NCBI GenBank assembly: GCA_965231125.1
Contig: OZ246414.1
Coordinates: forward strand, 281,512-345,511
Origin: an uncultured Gammaproteobacteria bacterium
GTDB lineage: Bacteria; Patescibacteriota; Microgenomatia; Woykebacterales; RBG-16-39-9b
Direction of reading: 5' to 3'
Length of the DNA: 64,000 bases
Made by a program: the position numbers and the translations under genes. Shown one piece after another: positions 56,132 through 64,000 of the stretch (position 1 is its first letter; each line of letters starts with the position of its first letter). A model generated the notes under the pieces. The model ran no database searches and was not told where the DNA came from. It was given only the letters and a program-made list of their open reading frames with translations.

Positions 56132-56729
56132 GCCGAACGTTTCCGAACTTTCTAAAAAAGAAAAGAAAGAATTTTTAAAAAAATATCGGTTGTCGGCAGA
56201 AAAAAAATCTAGACTGCAGGGAAATCTAGTAAAAGTGGCTGTCGGTTTGGTATTGTTATTGGTAGTTGGTGCTTTGGGTTATCTTTTATTCGGGCCAAAG
56301 CCGCCCCAAAAAGAAGTTGGTCAGGTAATCCCCCAACTTAGTCAGCAGCATATTGCCCAGGGTACCAAAAGTCCAATTCGTTATAATTCTAATCCCCCAA
56401 CTTCTGGTCCGCACTGGCCTACCCCGGCCCCCTGCCAAATTTACACCCAGGAGATACCGGACGAATCAGCACTCCACAGTATGGAACATGGGGCCATTTG
56501 GATTAGTTATAAGAACAAAAACAATAAAGATCTTATTAACAACTTAACGAACTTAGCAAATAAAGATCCAATCAAAATACTACTCTCACCTAGAAGCAAA
56601 GATGATTCAAACATTGCGATTGCTGCTTGGGGACACCTTTTAAAACTTTCAAATTTTGATGGAAACTTAATTCAAGAATTTATAAAGCTTTATCGAAGCA
56701 GATCACCAGAACCCTTTGGAAGTTGCTAA
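56124..56729 (+). CDS. DUF3105-like protein
   Basis: YNSNPPTSGPHW, HSMEHGA.W..Y, AW. Confidence 0.85.
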   Translation: MSKPNVSELSKKEKKEFLKKYRLSAEKKSRLQGNLVKVAVGLVLLLVVGALGYLLFGPKPPQKEVGQVIPQLSQQHIAQGTKSPIRYNSNPPTSGPHWPTPAPCQIYTQEIPDESALHSMEHGAIWISYKNKNNKDLINNLTNLANKDPIKILLSPRSKDDSNIAIAAWGHLLKLSNFDGNLIQEFIKLYRSRSPEPFGSC

Positions 56730-56732
56730 CTT

Positions 56733-57803
56733 ATGCTAAATTTAGACGACGCGGGTGAAATTACTGACCTTGACAAAAAGCAAGTCGCTACTTCCATTGA
56801 AAAACTTCCTGATCAAGTGGAACAAGCGTGGACCGAAAGCAGTGCAATTTCCTTTCCGGAAAACTACACTGGTGTTAAGAATATAATAATAGCCGGTATG
56901 GGCGGATCTGCTTTGGGTCCAGAGCTTGCCCGAAGTATTTTGACGGATAAGATTACATTACCTTTGGTGATAGTGAGAGACTACAAATTGCCGGCATTCG
57001 CAGACGAAAACACACTAGTGATTCTATCAAGTTATTCTGGTACTACTGAAGAGGTGCTTTCTTGTGCACAAGGGGCAGTTTCCAGAAACTGTAAAATTGC
57101 CGGTATTACTGAAGGGAGCGACCTTGGACATTGGTTAAAAAAAGGTGGTTACCCCACTTATATTTTTGAAGCCAAAAATAATCCTTCGGAGCAACCTCGA
57201 GCCGGTTTAGGATATATGGCGGTGGGGATAGTAGGGATTCTACATTCTTTAGGCTTTGTAAAAATTAGCAGTCGGGATATTGAAGACGCAACTGGCTCAA
57301 TTAGAGGTTTAGGGGAAGATTTTCACCCTGATTCTAAAATTTCCAATAATTTTGCAAAAGAAATTGCATCAAAATTGCAAGGTTTTGAGGTTTCTATTCT
57401 AGCAGCTGAATTTCTTTCAGCGAACGCTCATATTTTTGCAAACCAGATAAACGAAACAGCAAAAACTTTTTCGTCTTATCATTTGCTTTCTGAACTTAAC
57501 CACCATCTTTTAGAAGGTCTTGGCCGTCCGGAGAACTTAAGTCAAAATCTCAAGTTTGTAATTTTAGAATCTGACTTATACTCCGACAAGATAAAAAAAA
57601 GAATTGAGATTACAAAAGATATACTGGATAAACATAAGTTCGATGTAATTTCCGTTAAATTTGAGGAAGAGACTCCTATTGTTCAAGCACTCGATACTTT
57701 ATTAGTGAGCTCTTGGACCAGCTTTTATCTAGGACTTCTCAATGGAGTTGATCTATCCGAAATCCCTTGGGTGGATTATTTTAAAAAAAGATTAGCCGAA
57801 TAG
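56733..57803 (+). CDS. Bifunctional phosphoglucose/phosphomannose isomerase
   Basis: GMGGS, SYSG.TEE, QPR, QINE.AK, ELNHH. Confidence 0.9.
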   Translation: MLNLDDAGEITDLDKKQVATSIEKLPDQVEQAWTESSAISFPENYTGVKNIIIAGMGGSALGPELARSILTDKITLPLVIVRDYKLPAFADENTLVILSSYSGTTEEVLSCAQGAVSRNCKIAGITEGSDLGHWLKKGGYPTYIFEAKNNPSEQPRAGLGYMAVGIVGILHSLGFVKISSRDIEDATGSIRGLGEDFHPDSKISNNFAKEIASKLQGFEVSILAAEFLSANAHIFANQINETAKTFSSYHLLSELNHHLLEGLGRPENLSQNLKFVILESDLYSDKIKKRIEITKDILDKHKFDVISVKFEEETPIVQALDTLLVSSWTSFYLGLLNGVDLSEIPWVDYFKKRLAE

Positions 57804-57831
57804 CCGTTGACCGGTAAGCTACAATCAGAAT

Positions 57832-58839
57832 ATGGAACAAACCTACGACACAATTATAATTGGTTCTGGGCCGGCGGGTTTGACGGCCGCCATTTACGCG
57901 TCTCGCGGAAAACTCTCCACGCTTGTTTTAGCCGGGGTCGAGGCCGGTGGTCAGCTTATGCTCACCACTGATGTTGAAGATTTCCCTGGTTTCCCCGAAC
58001 CTATTCAAGGGCCAGAGTTGATGACGCAAATGCGGCAGCAAGCCGGGCGTCTTGGAGCCAAAATAATTAATGAAAATGTTGCGAAGACAGATTTCTCCAG
58101 CCGCCCTTTTAAAGTCTGGGCCGCAAGTAAAGAGTATCAAGCGAGAACTTTAATAGTTGCCACGGGAGCCAGTGCCAAATGGTTGGGTCTGCCATCCGAA
58201 CAAAGGCTGATTGGAAAAGGAGTCTCCTCTTGCGCGGTTTGCGACGGGCCTTTTTTCCGTGACAAGAAAATTGCCGTGGTTGGTGGCGGGGATTCAGCTC
58301 TTCGCGAGGCGCTATTCCTTTCAAAATTCGGCGAAACCGTAACTATTATTCATCGCCGCGACACCCTGCGTGCTTTCCCGGCTCTGCAAGACAGAATTTT
58401 TAACACCCCGAACATAAAATTTATTTGGGATAGCGTGGTGGAAGAAGTTCTCGGCGAAAATAAAGTTGAGGCAGTTAGAATCAAAAATGTCAAAACTGAA
58501 AAGTATTCCGAACTTCCCACTTCCGGTTTATTCATAGCAGTCGGTCATAAACCAAGTACCGATTTTCTTAAAGGTCAATTGGAGCTAGACGATAAAGGGT
58601 ACATAAAGATAATTCAAAATTCAAAATTCAAAATTCAAAATGAAAAAGGCAAAGCAGATAGGGAATTTTCAACGGCAACATCAGTTGAGGGAGTTTTTGC
58701 AGCTGGGGACGTGCACGATTGGCATTATCAACAAGCGGTAACGGCGGCCGGTGCCGGCTGTATGGCCGCGATGGATGCGGAAGAATTTTTGGAAGAAGAA
58801 AAGTCTAGGACTAAAATTGCCTCCAAGGTGTCGAAGTAA
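57832..58839 (+). CDS. trxB: Thioredoxin-disulfide reductase
   Basis: GSGPAG, CAVCDG, GGGDSA, HRRD, AAGDV, QAVTAAG. Confidence 0.96.
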   Translation: MEQTYDTIIIGSGPAGLTAAIYASRGKLSTLVLAGVEAGGQLMLTTDVEDFPGFPEPIQGPELMTQMRQQAGRLGAKIINENVAKTDFSSRPFKVWAASKEYQARTLIVATGASAKWLGLPSEQRLIGKGVSSCAVCDGPFFRDKKIAVVGGGDSALREALFLSKFGETVTIIHRRDTLRAFPALQDRIFNTPNIKFIWDSVVEEVLGENKVEAVRIKNVKTEKYSELPTSGLFIAVGHKPSTDFLKGQLELDDKGYIKIIQNSKFKIQNEKGKADREFSTATSVEGVFAAGDVHDWHYQQAVTAAGAGCMAAMDAEEFLEEEKSRTKIASKVSK

Positions 58840-58871
58840 TTTCCCACGCCACAAACTTAAAAAGTAGGGGG

Positions 58872-58926
58872 TTGACAAACCCTAGATATTGGGACTAACA
58901 TTAATATTGTACTCAATATCTTGTGC
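58872..58926 (+). promoter_or_regulatory. nrdR-nrdJ promoter with two NrdR boxes (58879-58894, 58911-58926)
   Basis: TTGACA at 58872; ACCCTAGATATTGGGA and ACTCAATATCTTGTGC fit acaCwAtATaTwGtgt, 32 bp apart. Confidence 0.8.
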
Positions 58927-59198
58927 TTGTTAGGTTCCACCCGTGGAAAGCCCCTGGGCTTCCAAGATTCAGGCCAAAGTCTAACTTGACAGGCAACACC
59001 TTTTTTACACCACTGCAAGCGCAAGAAAAGAGACTTTTGGATCTTTAATCAACTCAGCGAGGACAGCGTCTTAGTGTTCTTGTGCCTTGAAAATTAGTTT
59101 TTAAGTCTACCGTGAGTAAAACTGTAAGAAGTGGTTACCTCAGGTTTAGTCCGAGCGCGGCTTGCAGAGCGATTTACTCGCCAGGATTGCAAAATATA

Positions 59199-59672
59199 AT
59201 GAAGTGTCCGTATTGTTCAAATTTTGATACAGCCGTGATGGATTCGCGAGATAGCGAAGATCTTTCCTCTATTCGCCGGCGTCGAGAGTGTCTTAAGTGC
59301 GGCAAGCGTTTTACTACTTACGAGAGAATAGAAATGATCGATCTGGCTATTTTGAAAAAAGATGGCCGTCGGGAAAATTTCGATCGAGTGAAACTTATTA
59401 ACGGGTTAAAAAAGGCAACTGAAAAGCGTCCGGTTAGTGTGGAACAAGTCGAAGATACAGCGGATGCTATTGAGCGGGAGTTGCGAAGGAGAGATACGAT
59501 TGAGATTCCCAGCACCGTAGTTGGTGAGATTGTTATGCGAAAGCTAAAAGCTTTGGATAAAGTAGCGTACATCCGCTTTGCAAGCGTCTACCGAAGTTTC
59601 GAAGATGTCGAGTCTTTTGAGAAAGAAATTAAAAATCTTTTAAATAAAAAAGGAGGACCTGCTCATGCCTAA
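59199..59672 (+). CDS. nrdR: Transcriptional repressor NrdR
   Basis: MKCPYC, DSR, RRRRECLKCGKRFTTYE, VAYIRFASVY. Confidence 0.97.
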   Translation: MKCPYCSNFDTAVMDSRDSEDLSSIRRRRECLKCGKRFTTYERIEMIDLAILKKDGRRENFDRVKLINGLKKATEKRPVSVEQVEDTADAIERELRRRDTIEIPSTVVGEIVMRKLKALDKVAYIRFASVYRSFEDVESFEKEIKNLLNKKGGPAHA

Positions 59673-62268
59673 GGTAAAACAAGGAATCCGCCCGCCGGCC
59701 GGTCGGGCAGGGACAGCGGCGTCTATAGAGAAGTTTCATTTTAACCCTAAGCTCCAAACCGATCTTGAAGGTTTGGTCGACGACCCAAACCAAACTCAAT
59801 TGGAAGGGGTAAGAGAAACAGTTTTCCGCGACCGCTACTCCTTGAAGGATGCCGACGGCAACCCAGTCGAGGAACATCCTGAACAGATGTGGAGAAGGGT
59901 TGCTGCCGGCATTGCGCAAGTCGAAAAAAGTTCCGCCAATCAGAAAGAGTGGGCCGGAAAATTTTACGAAGCCTTAGACGACTTTAAGTTTGTTCCCGGG
60001 GGCCGGATTCTTTCTGGGGCCGGCACTCCCTACGAAGTAACTTTCTATAATTGTTTTGTTATCCCTTCTCCACACGACTCACGAGACGGAATTATCGACA
60101 ATCTAAAAATTATGGTAGATATTATGAGCCGCTCCGGTGGAGTGGGCATTAACCTTTCTTCACTTCGTCCTAGGGGGGCCCGAGTCCGCAAGGTAAACGG
60201 GACAAGCTCTGGACCAGTGAATTGGGCCGAGCTTTACTCCACCGCCACTCACGATGTTATCCAGCAAGGAGGCACTCGCCGCGGCGCTTTAATGCTGATG
60301 CTTAATGATTGGCACCCCGACATCGAGGAATTTATTGACGTGAAGAAAGACCTTTCCCGCATTAACGGTGCCAACCTATCCGTCTGCGTTTCCGACTCTT
60401 TCATGGAGGCAGTTAAAAACGATAAGGATTGGAACTTGGTTTTCCCTGATATTTCTGATCCGGATTACGACAAAGCCTGGGATGGGGATTTGGAAAAATG
60501 GGAAAGTTTAGGTAAGAAACCGGCTCTTTACAAAACAGTCAAGGCCGCCCAAATTTGGGAGAAAATTTGTCAAGCAGCTTGGGCATCCGCGGAACCAGGG
60601 CTTCACTTTATTGAGAGAAGTAATAAAAGAAGCAACACTTGGTATTTTGAAAAATTAATTTCCACTAACCCTTGTGGTGAGCAGCCGTTAGGGGCCTGGG
60701 CAGTATGTAATCTTGGTTCGGTAAGTCTACCCGCTTTTATCAAACCCTCGGCAAGCTCGGGTCAGAATGAGATGGATTATGAAAAACTTTACGAGACGGT
60801 AAAGACTGCAATCCGCTTTATGGATAACGTTATCAGTGCGACTGGTTACTACTACGATGAGAATCGAAAACAGCAGGCAGGGATTCGCCGCGTTGGGCTT
60901 TCCGGGATGGGGCTGGGGGACGCTTTAATTATGCTAAAGCAAAAGTATGGATCCAAAGAGGCCGAGCCGACAGTGGAAAAGATTTATAAAACAATCAGAG
61001 ACGCTTCTTACGAGGCAAGTGTCGAACTTGCTGCCGAAAAAGGAGCTTTCCCAAACTTTGATAAGGAAAAATACCTGCAAGGTTGGTTCATCAAGAAACT
61101 TCCCGAGAGCATCCGAACGAAGATCAAAAAATACGGTATCCGCAACGCCGTGCTTCTTACCCAAGCTCCGACCGGAACCACATCCTTGCTTGCGGGCGTT
61201 TCTTCGGGGATCGAACCAGTTTATGATTTCGCCATGATTCGTCGCGACCGTACCGGCGAACACGTGATTTACCACCCTGCCTATAAAGAGTGGCTGGATT
61301 CTCACCCGGACGAAGACCCACCAGACTATTTTGTGGCGGCAAACGATCTAACTCCGGAAGATCACGTAAACATCCAAGCAATTGTTCAAGAATATACGGA
61401 CTCCTCAATTTCTAAGACAGTCAATGCCCCTAATGCCCACACCGTGGAAGAAGTCCGAAAGCTTTACATGTGGGCTTACGATCTGGGTTGCAAGGGTGTC
61501 ACTTACATGAGGGATGGTTCTCGTGAAGGAGTTCTTTCCCACGGTGATAAGAGGGAAGATGCTAACGCCGAGAATGGTCACGTCAAAGAGCAAGTGCCGG
61601 TTCACCTGCGAAAGCGGCCGCATTACCTAACAGGAGTAACCCGCCGAATTCCGACCCCAGTTGGGCACGCCTTTGTCACTATTAATGAAGATGAAGGCGG
61701 GGACCCGTTTGAAGTTTTTGTCAATGTCGGCAAAGCCGGGAGCGACATTACGGCCGACGCCGAAGCAATCGGTCGGTTAATATCCCTCGCACTTCGCATT
61801 CCGACTGGCTACGCTCCTAAAGAAGTTGCCCAACAAGTGGTGAATCAGCTTTCTGGAATCGGCGGTAGCCGGCAACAAGGGTTTGGTGCCAACAGGGTCC
61901 ACTCGTTGGCCGATGCGCTTTCTAAGGTTCTGTCAGAATATTTGGGCTCGGAAAGCACTTATCCGGAAGTTGCCGAAAATGGAAACGGTAACGGTCACGC
62001 GAAACCAAACGGTAATGGCAAGACGGTGCATGTTGAGAACCCAACACCCGCGGACGTGCCGGAGTTAACCGATCCACCTGCCTCGCCAGATGCGAGTCAG
62101 GGAGATCCTTCTCCTAGTGTCGGTGAAGTGGCCGCTCTGGCGGCAAGTGAAACTGGCGCGCATCTTAGTGAGGTGAGACGGGATATTTGTCCATCCTGTG
62201 GAGTAGCGAGTTTTGTTTACGAAGAAGGCTGTAAAAAGTGCTACTCTTGTGGACACTCGGAATGTTGA
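59665..62268 (+). CDS. nrdJ: Adenosylcobalamin-dependent class II ribonucleotide reductase with C-terminal TSCPD/zinc-ribbon region
   Basis: NCFV, GG.RRGA.M, TNPCGEQ, CNLGS, APTGT, SKTVN, YMRDGSR, EEGCKKC..CG.S.C. Confidence 0.95.
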   Translation: MPKVKQGIRPPAGRAGTAASIEKFHFNPKLQTDLEGLVDDPNQTQLEGVRETVFRDRYSLKDADGNPVEEHPEQMWRRVAAGIAQVEKSSANQKEWAGKFYEALDDFKFVPGGRILSGAGTPYEVTFYNCFVIPSPHDSRDGIIDNLKIMVDIMSRSGGVGINLSSLRPRGARVRKVNGTSSGPVNWAELYSTATHDVIQQGGTRRGALMLMLNDWHPDIEEFIDVKKDLSRINGANLSVCVSDSFMEAVKNDKDWNLVFPDISDPDYDKAWDGDLEKWESLGKKPALYKTVKAAQIWEKICQAAWASAEPGLHFIERSNKRSNTWYFEKLISTNPCGEQPLGAWAVCNLGSVSLPAFIKPSASSGQNEMDYEKLYETVKTAIRFMDNVISATGYYYDENRKQQAGIRRVGLSGMGLGDALIMLKQKYGSKEAEPTVEKIYKTIRDASYEASVELAAEKGAFPNFDKEKYLQGWFIKKLPESIRTKIKKYGIRNAVLLTQAPTGTTSLLAGVSSGIEPVYDFAMIRRDRTGEHVIYHPAYKEWLDSHPDEDPPDYFVAANDLTPEDHVNIQAIVQEYTDSSISKTVNAPNAHTVEEVRKLYMWAYDLGCKGVTYMRDGSREGVLSHGDKREDANAENGHVKEQVPVHLRKRPHYLTGVTRRIPTPVGHAFVTINEDEGGDPFEVFVNVGKAGSDITADAEAIGRLISLALRIPTGYAPKEVAQQVVNQLSGIGGSRQQGFGANRVHSLADALSKVLSEYLGSESTYPEVAENGNGNGHAKPNGNGKTVHVENPTPADVPELTDPPASPDASQGDPSPSVGEVAALAASETGAHLSEVRRDICPSCGVASFVYEEGCKKCYSCGHSEC

Positions 62269-62279
62269 GGTGATTTGAA

Positions 62280-62573
62280 TTGGATTGGTATCAGTGGCAA
62301 ATAAAGACTAAGGGTAGTTGTGAATATTGCGAAAGACCTTTTACCTCTTCGAATCGTAAAACTATAGACCACATAATCCCAAAAGGAAAAGGTGGGTCCT
62401 ATAAAAAAGAGACTTGGAATTTAATTGCCGCTTGTATCGAATGCAACTCAAGAAAAGGCAACTATATAAGCTATTCAATTGGGTGGGTAATAGGGAACAG
62501 AGAATTACTAATTGAGGATATTAAATCAAACAAGTTAAAAATAAGAATTGACAGAGCGATAGTAAGCAAGTAA
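62280..62573 (+). CDS. HNH endonuclease domain protein
   Basis: CEYC, TIDHIIP..KGG, NL..AC..CN..KG. Confidence 0.85.
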   Translation: MDWYQWQIKTKGSCEYCERPFTSSNRKTIDHIIPKGKGGSYKKETWNLIAACIECNSRKGNYISYSIGWVIGNRELLIEDIKSNKLKIRIDRAIVSK

Positions 62574-62598
62574 TGTATTGTTACATTAACAAGTAAGG

Positions 62599-62673
62599 TC
62601 AAAGGAATACGGGTGAAGCACGGTGTAAATCCGTGGGAGTGCCGCTACTGTAAACCCAGAACCCCGCCTTTGA
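62599..62673 (+). ncRNA. Cobalamin riboswitch (short class II-like)
   Basis: CAAAGG/CCTTTG closing stem, GAA-CACGGTGTAAATCCGTG, GCTACTGTAA, CCAG-A-CC; upstream of putative B12 uptake genes. Confidence 0.75.
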
Positions 62674-62713
62674 ATCCCTTCGAGCAAAGGAGGTGAAAAA
62701 TCACTTAGGATTT

Positions 62714-62742
62714 AAACCAGCCAACTTTGCGGCTGGTTTTTT
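62714..62742 (+). terminator. Riboswitch-associated terminator
   Basis: AAACCAGCC/GGCTGGTTT plus T-run just before the CDS. Confidence 0.75.
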
Positions 62743-62753
62743 GGTGGTAAAAT

Positions 62754-63206
62754 ATGAAAAATCAACAAAGAAATTGGATAATTGCGGCAGTTATAGTTAT
62801 TTTGGCCCTAGTTGGTGGTTATTTTGTATTAACCAATTTAGGGAACAATAAGACACCTTCAACCCCAACTTCTCAAGAGCAAGTAAAGGGAGTTCAAGTT
62901 GAAGTAACCATCGACTATTCTGGCGAACAAGGTAAATCCCTAGAAACAAGGACGGTGAATGTTACCGAAGGCAAGACTGCTTGGGATGCACTGGTTGTGG
63001 ATGTAGGCAAGGAAAATATTGACTATAAAGATTATGGTAGCCTTGGTGTACTTGTGTTGGGGATTAATGGTGTAAAACCAACTGGTAACAACTCTTGGGA
63101 ATTCCAGGTAAACGGGAAGGCTGCCCCAGTGGGAGTTAGCAGTTACAAAGTGAAATCTAGTGACAAAATTGGATTTGTGATTACGCAAGCCAGTAAAGGT
63201 CAGTAA
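62754..63206 (+). CDS. DUF4430/transcobalamin-like membrane-anchored protein
   Basis: G.TA.D.L, G..V..ING, W.F.VNG....G...Y....D.I. Confidence 0.8.
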   Translation: MKNQQRNWIIAAVIVILALVGGYFVLTNLGNNKTPSTPTSQEQVKGVQVEVTIDYSGEQGKSLETRTVNVTEGKTAWDALVVDVGKENIDYKDYGSLGVLVLGINGVKPTGNNSWEFQVNGKAAPVGVSSYKVKSSDKIGFVITQASKGQ

Positions 63207-63267
63207 GACCTTACCCGCGGCGCCGCGGGAATCCCGCGGCGCCGGCTATATAATTACTAGTAATACT

Positions 63268-63864
63268 ATGAAAAACTTGGAAAAATTAGTCAGTCCCTTG
63301 TTAATTATAACTGCCGCTGTCGGGCTTCGGCTTATTTCTCATATGCCGAATTTTGCGCCAATTAGCGCGATGGCCCTTTTTGGTGGGGCGTATTTGGGCA
63401 AGCGTTGGGCACTGATTGTGCCGATTGTTGCAATGCTAATTTCTGATTATCTCGTTCTCTATATAAACCCCTTTAGAGTTCCAATGTTGGGTTTTAGCCA
63501 CATTTACGCGCCATTGGACTTAATACACGGTACTACATATGCGGTTTACGGAAGTTTTTTAATTTCAGGGCTAGTCGGTTTGTGGTTGCGCAGTCACAAA
63601 AACCCGACCAGCATAGCTGCCGCCGCCCTTTTTTCTTCACTACAGTTTTTCTTAATAACTAACGCTGCGGTTTGGCTTGGAGGAGGTTACAACGGGGGTC
63701 TTTTGGGCCTTTGGGAAAGCTATGTTGCTGGGTTACCATTTTTTAGAGGGACTTTGTTTGGAGATTTCTTTTACACAGGACTATTTTTCGGCGGGTTTGA
63801 AGCTTTAAAATGGTTTGTGTTTGATAGGAAAAAAGCTATAATAAACGCGGAGGTGAAAGTTTAA
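63268..63864 (+). CDS. DUF6580-like putative transporter (ECF S-component-like)
   Basis: R...H.PNF.P..A.ALF.GA, FF.ITN..VW, Y..GLPF...T..GD..Y. Confidence 0.8.
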   Translation: MKNLEKLVSPLLIITAAVGLRLISHMPNFAPISAMALFGGAYLGKRWALIVPIVAMLISDYLVLYINPFRVPMLGFSHIYAPLDLIHGTTYAVYGSFLISGLVGLWLRSHKNPTSIAAAALFSSLQFFLITNAAVWLGGGYNGGLLGLWESYVAGLPFFRGTLFGDFFYTGLFFGGFEALKWFVFDRKKAIINAEVKV

Positions 63865-64000
63865 TGACTGAAAAGACAGAAGATTTTAAAGTTCGTGGTG
63901 AAGAAGTTGTTAAAAAAGTTAAAGAATTGATTAAGGAAGGCAACGTCCGCCGGGTTACAATTAAAGATAAAGAAGGAAAGGTAATTGCGGAGTTTCCTTT
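63864..64000 (+). CDS. DUF4342-like protein, partial
   Basis: E.F.V.GE.VVKKVKELIKEGNVRR..IK; runs off window end. Confidence 0.75.
   Translation, partial: MTEKTEDFKVRGEEVVKKVKELIKEGNVRRVTIKDKEGKVIAEFP

Noticed and set aside
59665-62573. Intein or intron in nrdJ with HNH as homing endonuclease
   Set aside because: nrdJ is continuous with intact motifs and no intein termini; the HNH gene lies outside it
1-64000. tRNA, rRNA, IS transposases and a second VR
   Set aside because: None recognised by eye; a tRNAscan/Infernal run and a TR self-alignment would be needed to exclude them formally

Overview
Gene-dense bacterial DNA. Gene content, single-copy housekeeping genes with leaderless starts, split transketolase, PGI/PMI, class II RNR and a compact type IV pilus locus point to a Patescibacteria/CPR genome, probably Microgenomates-like (inference). 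The main feature is a complete diversity-generating retroelement (DGR) at about 30.0-33.4 kb. It comprises a GC-rich target gene with a 116-bp variable repeat (30791-30906), a template repeat (31759-31874) that differs from it at 22 positions, all TR adenines, an antisense avd gene and a YADD/SQ reverse transcriptase. A GIY-YIG nuclease flanked by REP-like palindromes lies between VR and TR, and a related palindrome is inserted in-frame in the RT. Other candidates are a repeat-delimited array of small genes with MazG/nuclease/TA cargo (10-15.6 kb), a tandem pair of histidine kinases with complementary catalytic defects, many in-frame palindromic insertions in core genes, and an NrdR/NrdJ plus cobalamin-riboswitch uptake module. 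All calls come from reading the sequence and recognising motifs; no searches were run.
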